From Veleropilina oligotropha (lineage: Eukaryota): a stretch of 64,000 nucleotides of DNA. Position 1 is the stretch's first letter. Each line of letters begins with the position of its first letter. Of the stretch, positions 46,590 to 58,374 are shown piece after piece. The DNA is taken from the NCBI GenBank assembly GCA_048128005.1, contig JBEUKZ010000036.1, positions 248,001 through 312,000 on the forward strand. Reading direction: 5' to 3'. A program made the position numbers and the translations under genes. Under the pieces are notes generated by a model. It was not told the DNA's origin and searched no databases. It saw only the letters and a list, made by a program, of their open reading frames with translations.

Positions 46590-46679
46590 TGGCATTAGTA
46601 AGGACGTAAGTATATTTGATATAGATATGAGGATTAAGAGTAATCCCTTGTATCTATAATAATATACTTACGTCCTTAC
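46590..46679 (+). other. ICR of DIRS-C
   Basis: tggcattagtaaggacgtaagtatatttgatatagat-at-gaggattaagag...tacttacgtccttac is complementary to both termini. Confidence 0.9.
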
Positions 46680-47517
46680 CCACTTGGCCCACCCTGCTTC
46701 GCACCTCCCCTCTTATATAAGTTCTTTGTCTTGGGGTTTGCATAAACTTCGGATGAGGTCTTGACCCTTGGTCAAGAAGATCTCGCGGGAGTTGGCGAGC
46801 TCTTACTGGACATGAACTGGAGGAGGTCGAGCAGGTCAGGGGGTCAGCTGGGTTCAATTTACTAAAAGAAGTGCAAATTACCATTTCCACCTTGTCCGGA
46901 TTTAGCGATAATAGGCTTATTATGGCATTAGTAAGGACGTAAGTATATTATTATAGATACAAGGGATTACTCTTAATCCTCATTTATGATTTAACTCTGA
47001 AATGAACATGGTTTGACCATGATCAACCATGGACGTTATATGGCATCGCAGTCAAATCATGGCTATCATGATTACATTATTACATGGTTAAACCATGTTT
47101 TAATCATGGTGTTTAAATCATATTGTGAACATGGTCAAAACATGATTTGATCATGATCAAATTCATATTGGTTGACCATGAAATGGATCGTTGTAAACCA
47201 TGATCAGGCAATGATCCAAGCCGTACTGGTACATGATCTGACCATGTTTAGTGAATAGTCAGACCATGGTGAAGATATGTTTTGATGATGAACAAGGCAT
47301 GTACTGGAACAAGTACACGCTGCGATAAATTGTCAATGTACATGCTTGGTTTTGCAGTATTCAAAGTTTTATATGATCATGCATGGTCATTTAACTCAAG
47401 TTCAAAATGCATACATGGCACAGTACATGTGCAATCAGGTGACATTGAGCATAATTATTATAAATAACAGTAATTTTGTACAATCTTCACTTGAACATAA
47501 ATGTTTTAATACTTTTA

Positions 47518-48221
47518 ATATTAAATACTGTAATTGCAACCAATTTATGCAGAGGCTACGAATATTATAATATATGAGATGTTTATTAGAAAACAATAAA
47601 AAAATGTGATGTATCAGTTTTAAAATAATTATTATTGTAAATATTGAAATATCTGATAATAATAATAATTTTTTAATAGAAAGGATTGCAAAGTTAATTG
47701 TATTAATTAGCTATTAGACCTTCAAGTAATTAAATATTATTTACTCTCTAATATTAAATACTGTAATGGCAACCAATTTATGCAGAGGCTACTAATATTA
47801 TAATATATCGGATGTTTATTATAAAACAATAAATAAAAGTGATGTATGAGTTTTAAAATAAAATATTGGAAAATCTGATAAGAATTACTATTTATTTAAT
47901 AGATACGATTGCAAAGTTAATTGTATAAATTAGCTAATAGGCCTTCAAGTAATTAAATATTATTTACTCTCTAATATTAAATACTGCAATGGCAACCAAT
48001 TTATTATACAGATGCTACGAATATTATAATATAAGAGATGTTTATTATAAAACAATAAATAAAAGTGTTGTATAATATAACATGAGTTTTACAATAATTA
48101 ATATTGTAAATATTGAAAAATCTGATAAAAATTACTATTTTTTAATAGAAAGTGTTGCAAAGTTAATTGTATTAATTATCTGTTAGGCCATCAAGTAATT
48201 AAATATTATTTACTCTCTAAT
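47518..48221. repeat. AT-rich tandem repeat, three ~220-250 bp units
   Basis: aatattaaatactg...caaccaattta starts at ~47518, ~47750 and ~47973. Confidence 0.85.
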
Positions 48222-50222
48222 GTCTGTTTGCAACAAATACTATGGGAACCTAACACAGTATCTATATATAGATCTGTCTTGAAGTGCGTATCTGGGTCAC
48301 AGGGCACCAGCTGGTCACATACAACCTGCTGCAGATGGACCCCTGTGCACAGATAATGGTTGCAAAGGCATTGAGAAAACAGGTCATTGAAAACTCATTT
48401 AACCTAGTAATTTACATGATTTATCAGAAGAATATACAGATATAACATAAACAATATATTCTTAAAAACTACATGCTTACATTAGATTATCTATGAACTA
48501 TAGCTAATTGACTATTGAGAGGGCAAACTGAAGCCAGGCACCACATGACGTGGTCCGAGTTGTTGATTTGTGAGGCAGCGATTTATGGTAGCTATTTGAT
48601 TTTGAAGACAGAGAAGACAAGTTAATGGAAACTGTTTATTTGTGAATTTACTGGATTGTTGATATTATAATAATAATAAAATGAATCAGAATAAGATTGA
48701 AAATGCAGAGATATAAACACAAGCCTTCTGAAATTGACCCAGTTAAAGTGCACAGTGAACTGTGTATAATATACTCGACACTGCATGTAGAATCACTCTA
48801 ACGTGTTCTCACTTCTCCTGACCTGAAATGTATACTGTGACAGACTGATGAATCATGCACCACCCCTGAATACATACCTTGTCACCATTGTATATATTCT
48901 TTGTACCAATTTGTTTTAGAATGTAGATGTAGTGGCATTGTATATCCGTACCATACAAAGGAACCTGGTAGACGGTTGCCATTATTGAATATCCCGCCTT
49001 TCCAAGAACAGCCAATCAGAACACAACAGTCACATTCTCCAGTAATAATTTTATCATGTACACTTAAAATATTTTATGTCAAAATTACATCTTTGATCTA
49101 TATGAATAATTCAGAATTATAATTGAAGTAGTAATATATTATAAGCTTTTAATGATTTTTTATTTCTGTGAATAATTTGTCATACTTTCAAAAAATGACT
49201 CTGATATGACCATGAAAATAACTTTTTGGTACAAATCATGGTTATTTCACAATCAAATATGAACTTGTTTAGATCTTGTTTTGACAATGATATACTTCAT
49301 AGTCAAATCGTGGTCACTTCATGGATAAAGCTATGACCATGAAATAAACGTTATTTAAATGTCACTATAAAATAATCAAATTTGTGGCTATGTTATGACC
49401 ATGGTCTATTCAAATTTATTTGATGGTCATGATTTTCTAAAAAGTTCTTGATGGCCAAACCAAGGTCAGCCATGGTGGACCATGTTTTGTCAGTGGTCGA
49501 CCATGAAAACATGGTCAGCATTCAATGTATGTTCATTTCTTAAAAACCTTTTAAGATCTTGATACTTTCATGTCATACCTGAGTATTTTGACACGCCAGC
49601 CACATTGAATTTAATAAACATTTATATTGCAAAAAATCTTATAGGATTTTGAGGTTCAATATTATTGATGTTCTATGCTGTTATAGAACGTACGATGTTC
49701 AAGACATTGAAATTTTTTTTTTAATATTTGCTTCCTTAAAATTTATTTTAAGTAACATGTACTCATGTTAGCTTTTCGCAAGTTGGTCATGCGAATTACT
49801 TATTAATATCGATTATTTATTATAATCTATTAATTCTTTGCTTAAGATTTGATGTCTTCACAACCTATTAGGTTCCGTGTGACTACAAATCCGACTGCTT
49901 CCTCTGGGTACCGGCCTATGGCCCGGAGTACCAGTTGGCTGCCACTGGTCCATGACACGTAAGGCCTACAAGGATCTTCCTTCCGGCCGTGCCTGGGGCT
50001 TATTGCACTTCCGTTCACCTTGTCCGGCTAACACCACGGCGTATTCTCCCGGTTTCACTGGTCGAGATTCTCGCCTGGTAAGAGTAGAATATAATACTCA
50101 GCAGATTCCACTCTAAGCGGACACAATCGTCGCTTCAAGCTGATTGATATGGTGAAAAGTAAGTCATAATCTTGTTTGGGATTGTTGTAAGGAACTTCTT
50201 ACCCACCTATCCAAGGTCATTC

Positions 50223-50312
50223 TGGCAAGAGTAAGGACGTAAGTATGTTTGTAACTACATATGAGGTTTTTAAGTAAACCTAATATTAGTTAAAACATAC
50301 TTACGTCCTTAC
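50223..50312 (+). other. ICR of DIRS-B
   Basis: Complementary to 33197-33235 and to the right terminus; junction CTACAT-AT-GAGG. Confidence 0.9.
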
Positions 50313-50609
50313 TACGATTACCCACCCTGCGCTTCGCATTCCTCCCCTCTTACTAAGTTCCTTTGGTGTTCTGAACTTTGAATTGAAGCCTTTTGGCCTT
50401 GAGCTCGGACATCTCGCGAGACTTGGCGAGGTCTCGCCAGGGGAACTTATGGAGGGGGAGCAGGGGAGGTAATCGTAGTGTTTTGACTTAATAAGTGCAT
50501 AAATGTGACAATTATTCACTGTTTCCGGTTGGCGATAATATGACTATTATGGCAAGAGTAAGGACGTAAGTATGTTTTAACTAATATTAGGTTTACTTAA
50601 AAACCTCAT

Positions 50610-50750
50610 TTTTCAGCCGTATCGCTGTCGAGATCGACACCCGGTTTAAGGTTTCACTCCGATCTGACTGACATATAGGGAATATGCCTTCTATTATTTT
50701 AAACGGTAGAATGTGCCCAGCTGGCTTCAAACCCGGGACCAACTAATAGC
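50610..50750 (-). mobile_element. SINE family 2 body; its 3' tip lies at 33171-33196, separated by DIRS-B
   Basis: B-box-like GGTTTGAAGCC on the minus strand; matches the reverse complement of 19130-19260. Confidence 0.65.
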
Positions 50751-51120
50751 TTGGGTTGATTGTCTGATGAATTTTAAGTGTGTTAAATTGGATATTCAGC
50801 ATGATTTCGTCATTGTGGTAATTACTTCGCTACTCACATTGCTAACAGCACCATCAAGGTACACCACAAGCTAACCACAGGCTTTGATTACTAACTACTT
50901 TTAATAATTGTGATCACTACATCCATGTATATACCTCGTTCTTCCCGTATCTTTACCGTTACGGTAGCTATAGATCTGTAATAAGCAGCAACTTTTTACG
51001 CATTTGACTTCCGCATTATTTCACAGAAGTTTTTACACATAAACAAGTCAAAATGTTTGTGTCTACATTTCTGTTGATCTTTATAATGATGCCTCTCTGT
51101 TAGCTTCAACGTCCTCACAC

Positions 51121-53043
51121 TTTTTATGCCCCCTAAATGAGGAGGCGGAGGAATGATGCTTAATGTCCTGTATATTTACAACATCGAAGTTCAAGGCAGG
51201 ACATGTCCGTGTTATTGCGGAAGGAAACCCCGGTCGCCCGGGTAAACCCGCCGTCTTCGGCCAGTCGCGGACAACTGTGATTCATAACTTGAACAAATGT
51301 CAATGCCTCAGCCAGGTATTGAACCCACCTCTGTTCGCATTAGCAGAATCAAGCCAGTGAATTTAGAGTGGACACTCTTACCCACTGCGCTGCCGAAGCG
51401 GCCCTGCCCCCTAAATGAAGTTTGGGGGCATATAGTGTTGCACACGTCCGTCTGTCCGCCCGAACTTCGTTTCCGGGCAATAACTTTAGAATGCCTTCAT
51501 GGATTTCAATTAAATTTGGTATATAACTGGATAATCGTAATAGCTAAGTTCCGATGTCACATAAGGGAGTTCTGCCCCTTGATTCACTTGGAAACATTTA
51601 TTCATTTCTGGGCGATAACTTGAGAATGGAGTTCGATTTCGGTAAAATTCCGCCTTTACATAACGGAGTTATGTCCCTTGATCCACAATTTTTTTCCATT
51701 TCCGGGCAATAACTTGAGAACGCCTTCATGAATTTCAATTAAATTTGGTATGCAAGTGGATGATCATAATAGCTAAGTGGAGTTCGATGTCGGTAAAATT
51801 CCGATGTCACATAAGAGAGTTATTCCCCTTGATTCACTTGAAAACATTTTTTCATTTACGGGCACTAACTTAAGAATGCCTTCATGGATTTAAATTAAAT
51901 TTGGTATTCACGTGGATAATGATAATAGCTAAGTGGAGTCGATTTCGTGAAAATTCCGCCTTCACATAAGGGAGTTATGCCCCTTTATTCACTAGGAAAC
52001 ATTTTTTCATTTTTGGGCATTAACTTGAGAATGCCTCCATGGATTTAAATTAAATTTGGTATTCACATGTATGATCATAATAGGTAAGTGGAGTTCGATT
52101 TCGGTAACATTCCGCCTTCACATAACGGAGTTATTATGTCCATTGATCCACTTGCAATTTTTTTTTCCATTCCGGACGATAACTTGAAAACGCCTTCATG
52201 AATTTCAGTTAAATTTGGTATGCAAGTGGATGATCATAATAGCTAAGTGGAGTTCGATTTCGGTAACATTCCGATGTCACATAAGAGAGTTATGCCCCTT
52301 GATTCACTTGGAAACATATTTTCATTTCCTTGCGGTAACTTGAGAATGCATTCATGGATTTAAATTAAATTTGGTATTCACGTGTATGATCATAATAGCT
52401 AAGTGGAGTTTGGTTTCGGTAAAATTCCGCCTTCACATATGGGAGTTATGTTCCTTCATCAACTTGCAAATTTATTTTCCATTTCCGGTCGATAACTTGA
52501 GAATGCCTCCATGGATTTAAATTATCTTTGGTATGCACGTGTATGATCATAATAGATAATTGCAGTTCGATTTCGGTCAAATTCTGACATAACATAACTG
52601 AGTTATGTCCCTTGATCCACTTGCAAATTTTATGCCCGGCTGCCCCCCCCCCTGCAAAATGAAGTATGGAGAGCATTTATTGTTACACATGTTTGTCCCT
52701 CGAATGATTTAAATTCTGCGCTATATCAGGCATTCATGGATTCAAATTAAATGAATTTGGTATACACATGTATATCAGAATATCTAAGTGGAGTTAGATT
52801 TCTATAAATTACCAATTTCATTTAAGAGACATAGATTTTAATTAATTTAATTTTGTTTTCAATTCTGGACGATAACTTCGGAATACATTCATGGAATGAA
52901 ACTATATTTGGAATATACTTCGTTGTATACATTGTTAAATGCGTGAATGCAATGTTAAGAGAGTTATGGCTGTTGTTCACTTCGAATTTAATTCATTCCT
53001 GGGCAGTTGCTGGGGCATTCATGTCACTCGGACATATCTAGTG
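51121..53043 (+). mobile_element. Helentron-type non-autonomous element with an internal array of ~150-bp repeats
   Basis: tttttatgccccctaaatgaagtttgggggcat head (split by a SINE), ccgtctgtccg microsatellite, ~8 units with ataacttgagaatgccttcatggattt, tail ggggcattcatgtcactcggacatatctagt. Confidence 0.75.
51141..51404 (-). mobile_element. tRNA-derived SINE, family 1 (second copy)
   Basis: Homologous to 17054-17308; 14-bp duplication TGCCCCCTAAATGA at 51127-51140 and 51405-51418. Confidence 0.88.
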
Positions 53044-53192
53044 TATGACAATTAACTCTTTCATCACTGAGTATTCAAGGCAACAATAGCCATATACACT
53101 GAATATGCCGGCTGAATTCCAGACATTTCTCATATATCCTATGCGATATCAACAGTTTCCATGCATTGAATAATTTTATGAAAAACTAGATA

Positions 53193-54382
53193 TTTTTATT
53201 ATCAGGGCGGGCGGATAGAAGTTGTCAGCTCAATAACTGCAGTAATTTTCATCCAATCTTGACCAAACTTGGTAAAGATGTTTCTAGCGATAATATCTAG
53301 GTCAAGCTCGACAGCCAGCGTCATCGGACCTTTAGAACTAGAATTATGGCCCTTGAAATATGCAATATTGACATAATGCTCAGTGTCCGCTCAATAAATC
53401 AAGCAATTTTTATTCATTTGGCACCAAACTTGGAAAAGATGTTTGTAGCAATAATATCTAGGTCAAGGTCGATAGCCAGCGTCATCGGACCGTTAGAACT
53501 AGAGTTATGGTCATTGAATTATGTAAAATTGACATGTTCGCTCGATAACGCGAGCAATTTTTATTCATTCTTCACCAAACTTGGTAAAGATGTTTGTGCC
53601 GATATTATCTAGGTCAAGTTCAATAGACAACGTCATCGGAACATTAGAACCAGATTTGGGCCCGTTGAAATATGCAAAATTGACATAATGCACAGTGTCC
53701 ACTCGATAACTCGAGCAATTTGTATTCATTCTTCACCAAACATGGTAAAGATGTTTGTAGCAATAATATCTAGGACAAGTTCGATATCCAGAATTATCTC
53801 CCTTGAAATATAACAAGTTTGAATATGCCTAGAAGTATTGTGCATTATGCATTAAAATTCTTTCTTTGATTACAAATAGACTTTCAGAGGAGTAAGTTAA
53901 AATGTTTGTTTGTATACTTAGATAAATATTATGTGTGTACAATGGTAAATGACATGTGCTTATCTGTAAGACTTGCTCACTGCCAATAGGCACAGTAAGC
54001 TGTTAAGCTTAATAATCAGTCTGTGAAGCTGAGATTTTCAAAATCAGAATAAAACTGATTTTAAAAACTGCCTTTCCATTGTTTCATTTCAATGGTATCT
54101 TGAAATGGCAGTATATTTAATTGCCATTATACAAGAGCAGACTGTATTCAGTGTCTAATGTCACTGGTTAACTGGTTGGGGTTCAAATTATCAGGTAATA
54201 TGGCTCTTGAATTATGTAAATTATGCAAAATTGACTTTCTATAGAGTCAGATTGACGACAAATTTCATCCATCATTCACCACATTTGTTCATGCGAAAAT
54301 GCTTCATTATTTTGCAAACAATTTGCTCGAGACTTCAATAGAAAATTGAGACGGGCGTATATTGTGACCTGGCACTCTTGTT
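53193..54382 (+). mobile_element. Degenerate Helentron-type element with ~150-160 bp repeats
   Basis: Four units with accaaacttggtaaagatgtttgtagcaataatatctaggtcaag (53230-53810); tail gagacgggcgtatattgtgacctggcactcttgtt. Confidence 0.55.
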
Positions 54383-54426
54383 ATTAGTTGCATTAAAAAT
54401 ACAGATGAATTGTGACTGTCTTGTAG

Positions 54427-54436
54427 CTGGAAGAAG
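54427..54436 (+). CDS. Candidate 10-nt micro-exon of host gene 2 (LEE-V)
   Basis: tcttgtAG/CTGGAAGAAG/GTAAAA; phase 0 to phase 1 links exons 33085-33149 and 55115-55214 in frame. Confidence 0.3.
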
Positions 54437-55114
54437 GTAAAAATAAGACAATAGCGTTGTATAGCCCGAGCTACCGTGATGGCATATTTAAACGATGAGC
54501 TAAGAAAATCGACCTATTAATCAAAATTAAAGAGACCATATAAATGATTCTTAATAGAAAATCATATTATTTCAACATAGTTTCGTATCACATCAAGCTC
54601 ACCGGCACATACACAATACACATATGCGCTAAATATTGCAACCTAAAATGTTACAACCTAATCAACTCACTGGTCGGTCATATCATAAGCGCAAAAGGGT
54701 ATCTTACCATCAATCCATATCACAAAATGTATGTCATGTTTATAAATAATATATGTTGGCGTATATCACCTACCGGTATTGTATCAAGTGACTTTCAAAC
54801 ACTATATTAACAATCATAATATGTGTGTGTATATACTACTAACTAGTATATATACACACACATATTATGATCTAAGTAAATATAGGTGTGTATTTATTTT
54901 TATAACTGCATTTTTGTAATATGTTGGTGCAGTGGTAAATAATAAACTTTAAATGAATACCATGTTGTGGACAATGTCTTAATTATATGTCTGTGTTATT
55001 ACTTGCAGAATAACATATAGCGCTGTTGTTACATCTAAGATGCACTTGTAAGTATACAATTTTACAGAGACGATTGCTTTAACAAGTATATTTTGTATAT
55101 TTTCTGCTGTTTAG

Positions 55115-55214
55115 TATGCGACCCTCTGACAGTAGAGAGTTGCGGACTCACGGAGCGTTACCTAGAAGAGCACCATGATTGCCGGAAGAAAATGGTGAAA
55201 TTGAAGCGGGCCCT
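55115..55214 (+). CDS. Exon of host gene 2 (CDPLTVESCGLTERYLEEHHDCRKKMVKLKRAL)
   Basis: ttttctgctgtttAG acceptor, GTGAGT donor, phase 2 end matches the 56564 exon. Confidence 0.6.
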
Positions 55215-55749
55215 GTGAGTATTTAAGTCTTCAAATTATAGTTGAAAAGATTTTGTTATTGGTTCTAAAAGAGAGTTACGGGCTCACGGAGCGTGACCTA
55301 GAAGAGCACCATGATTTCCTGAAGAAAATGATCAAATTGAAGCGGTCCCTGTGAGGTTTTCAAATTATAGTTGAAAATATTTCATTGAAAACTTACTACC
55401 AAGATCTATATCTATATCTAATATCTATATTGCCATCAAAGCAAGGTCTATTGCTGATATATTTGCATCTCTTCAGTTCGTCATCATCATATGTTGACAT
55501 ATGTATGTTTTATGTTGATTTGTTGAACACACCTCATGGATAACTGCCCAGTGAGCTGCGTACTTCAGACCGGGCTATAAAGGTGACACTTATCATAAGC
55601 TTAAAAGCCGGACTGCGACTAGAAAAGGCGAGAATGGGTGGTTACAGCTCATTTCAAATTTGAAAACCAACAGGACCTCATCGAGATGTCGACAAATGAT
55701 TGGTTGACTGATAAATGGTTCAAACAACAGTTATCCAATTACGGGGTGT

Positions 55750-56500
55750 GTTTTTATGCTCCCAATTTATTGGGGCGAGGGCATTTAGATTTACCAGTGT
55801 CCATCCTGAAAACCAGTATTTACGTGCAAGTAACTCCATTCTGCTATAACTTCCATCTGCCTTTATGGATTGACTTGATACTTCATACACTTGCTTATCA
55901 TCATTCATACTTCGCTTCTATGACCAACCCATGTCGCCCTATGGCCAAGGTCAAGGTCAAATGACTTAGCTCTTTGGACCAGTATTTGCATGCAAGTAAC
56001 TCCATTCTGCTATAACTTCCACCTGCCTTCATGGATTGACTTGATATTTTGTACACTTGCTTATCATCATTCATACTTCACTTCTGTGACCCACCCATAT
56101 ATGTCGCCCTATGGCCAAGGTCAAATGACTTAGCTCTTTGGACCAGTATTTGCATGCAAGTAACTCCATTCTGCTATAACTTCCATCTGCCTTCATGGAT
56201 TGACTTGATACTTTGTACACTTGCTTATCATCATTCATACTTCGCTTCTGTGACCCACCGATGTCGCCCTATGGCCAAGGTAAAGGTCAAATGACTTAGC
56301 TCTTCGCACCAGTATTTGCATGCAATTAACTCCATTTCTGGTATAACGTATATCTGCCTTCATGGATTGACTTGATAGTTCATACACTTAAGCTTGCTTA
56401 TCATCATTCATACTTCCCTTATGCGACCCACCCATGTACCCCTATGCCAAAGGTCAAGGTCAAATGACTTTTAAGTTAGCTCTTCTGCAATTTGCTGCCC
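55750..56500 (+). mobile_element. HINE-like family X relative with four internal ~165-bp tandem units
   Basis: tttttatgctcccaatttattggggcgagggcatttagatttac head and accagtatttgcatgcaagtaactccattctgctataacttcc units homologous to 18235-18494. Confidence 0.75.
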
Positions 56501-56563
56501 CTAGGATAATAAGCCTCTACTGTACGTGTTTTGCAAATATGCCTTATGTTATTTTGTTTTCAG

Positions 56564-56654
56564 AAACGAATGCATTCAGCATGCTGACAGGATGAGCACT
56601 AGATGCGGCGAAGCTTCCCCACTCTCCAGTGTTGCAACTCTAATTGGGTTGGAG
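56564..56654 (+). CDS. Exon of host gene 2 (NECIQHADRMSTRCGEASPLSSVATLIGLE)
   Basis: tattttgttttcAG acceptor, GAG/GTAAGG donor, phase 2 start, phase 0 end. Confidence 0.65.
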
Positions 56655-57083
56655 GTAAGGGATTTGTGTCTTAATTCACTTGCTTTTGTAGTTGCTTGCA
56701 TTTATAAAGCAAGTTTGAGCAATCAGCTGTCCGAAGCCAATTTTATGAAGAAGGGCACAATTATAGGTCTATCAAGGCCTGCTATTTTGTGGCTTTAAAG
56801 CGCTTGTTGAAAGGTAATGTTTTGCTAATTATTTCATGCATTTTCTATACAATGAAATAAGGCAATTGTTGTACCGTGTTTGTGAATGGTTACTAATAGG
56901 TGATTTTGCCTGTTTGTTCTGTGTCACGTTGGTGTAGCAGCAATGCCTGGGTGAATTTAAATGTTCATTACATAGATGAAAATAACAACAGTTATCAAAA
57001 ATATGATTTCGCATTCAATTGACAGAGCACCCTTCGCATTTGAAGATATTTTCTATACACTGTATTTCTTTCTTTTCTGACAG

Positions 57084-57112
57084 TATGGTGGGGACATTGA
57101 GCACAGCAAGTG
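57084..57112 (+). CDS. Exon of host gene 2 (YGGDIEHSK-C)
   Basis: tttctttcttttctgacAG acceptor, GTAGGT donor, phase 0 start, phase 2 end. Confidence 0.55.
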
Positions 57113-57259
57113 GTAGGTGGTTATATGGTCATTTGTCTTATAAAATTGATAAAAGACGTGTATGCCCAAACCATCAGAATCCTATGCATTATGTTATGGT
57201 ACATTCATGTGTATTCGTGGCGTAATATTGCTTTTGGCCACCTTATTGTCTGAGTATGT

Positions 57260-57475
57260 TTGATTTGATTTGATTGGATTCAATTTAGATTCACGACCAC
57301 ATTTCAACTTTATTTCAGTCGTATCTGTAGTCGGTGTCAGCGACTTAACGTCTCATTCGACAGACGGATACTGTGTGCAATGCTGACAAAGTACACCGGT
57401 GACAAATCCTTGGTACTCCCTGGAATCGAACTCAGATATCTAGCATTGTGGTCCCGCATCGTAATCCCGTCCCCA
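57260..57475 (-). mobile_element. Degenerate tRNA-derived SINE
   Basis: GAGTTCGATTCC B box on the minus strand, (TTTGA)n tail, 3' segment similar to the SINE at 57778. Confidence 0.5.
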
Positions 57476-57611
57476 GTTCACCTGTATTGACTACTATTGG
57501 TTGCTTTGCCTGTGATAGACTCCTCAACTTGGGGGCAGGTGGAATTCACTAATTTGCCTGTGATAGAATCCTCAACATAAGGTCATGTGAATTCACTACT
57601 TTGCCTGGGTA

Positions 57612-58374
57612 ATGCTTATGTCACAAATGCACCGGACGCCGTGCGATGGGGGATAATCGCACGGCGTCTCGGCTTCTCCGACATAGGGAAGAATTGTAGG
57701 TTTCTGGCAAAAATCTGTGCAATGGTCACATTAGACACTGTGCTCTTATGGTCTAACACAATGTTGCGGGCGGTCAATGGATGGATGAATTGATGTTTAA
57801 CGACCATGCCAACAGTATTTCAGTTATAAATCGGGTCAATCAACTTTGAATGATGAGATGAATTGGTGCTGTGTGCAATGGAGGCAGTGATCATTGGAAA
57901 AATCCCCGGCACACCCGGGACTTGAACCAGTGACCTCCCGTTTAGTAGACCAGCACCGTATCCACTTGGCCATGCTGCCCCGCGGGCGGTCAAATCGTGC
58001 GGGCATCATATAAGGTGACAATACGATTTCCTTAAGGTCACCTTACGACGTCCTTAAGGTCACCTTACGACGTCCGCATTTTGTCTCGACATCGTAAGGA
58101 TGCCGTGCGGACGCCCTTCGGGCTTCATACAATCTCTTACAGAGTCAGGTATCCTTACGATATGCCTGCGATGCTTTCCTGATTTTCAAAATCGTACGAT
58201 CTTCTAAAAATTATAACTCCGCATTAAAAGTTGTCGATGACCGTACGATGCCCAAAATGTGAGAGAAAAAGTCACCGATGTTCAAAGAATGTCGCCGATG
58301 TCCGCATGCCATCTTAAAATACACACATCGTACGTGTGCCGTATCCGCTTACGATGTATTTGTGACATAGGCAT
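57612..58374. mobile_element. MITE with TA duplication, inserted in a short tandem repeat and carrying a SINE
   Basis: TA-ATGCTTATGTCACAAAT ... ATTTGTGACATAGGCAT-TA. Confidence 0.8.
57778..57981 (-). mobile_element. tRNA-derived SINE, family 3
   Basis: A box TGGCCAAGTGG and B box GGTTCAAGTCC on the minus strand; 12-bp duplication GCGGGCGGTCAA at 57766-57777 and 57982-57993. Confidence 0.85.

Larger units (their letters stand above)
39731..46983 (+). mobile_element. DIRS copy C (diverged family), nested, ITRs identical by eye
   Basis: Left ITR ~39731-39946, right ITR ~46744-46983, ICR 46590-46679, gag/pol/YR homology to copy A. Confidence 0.95.
39649..49636. mobile_element. Large insertion in DIRS-B: non-autonomous DNA-element-like sequence rich in GACCATG/CATGGTC motifs (right end apparently lost), itself split by DIRS-C
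   Basis: Homology to DIRS-A stops at ...gacacatTA (39648) and resumes at 49637; starts CCCTGC; CCATGG-type motifs at 39670-39730, 46990-47280, 49200-49520. Confidence 0.6.
33197..50609 (+). mobile_element. DIRS copy B (same family as A), decayed and interrupted by nested insertions
   Basis: Left ITR from 33197, gag ATG 34140, pol/YR remnants to ~39560, 3' region resumes at 49637, ICR 50223-50312, right ITR ~50374-50609. Confidence 0.93.

Noticed and set aside
39800..46890. Two 78-aa ORFs with identical N-termini (39800 + and 46890 -)
   Set aside because: They are the two ITRs of DIRS-C read in opposite directions
48280..49030. Possible captured gene fragments inside the insertion in DIRS-B
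   Set aside because: Only short ORFs and isolated splice-like motifs; no recognisable protein or consistent exon chain
57900..57981. tRNA genes here and at ~17210-17308 and ~51310-51404
   Set aside because: A/B boxes are followed by SINE bodies, simple-repeat tails and target duplications; no complete cloverleaf is evident
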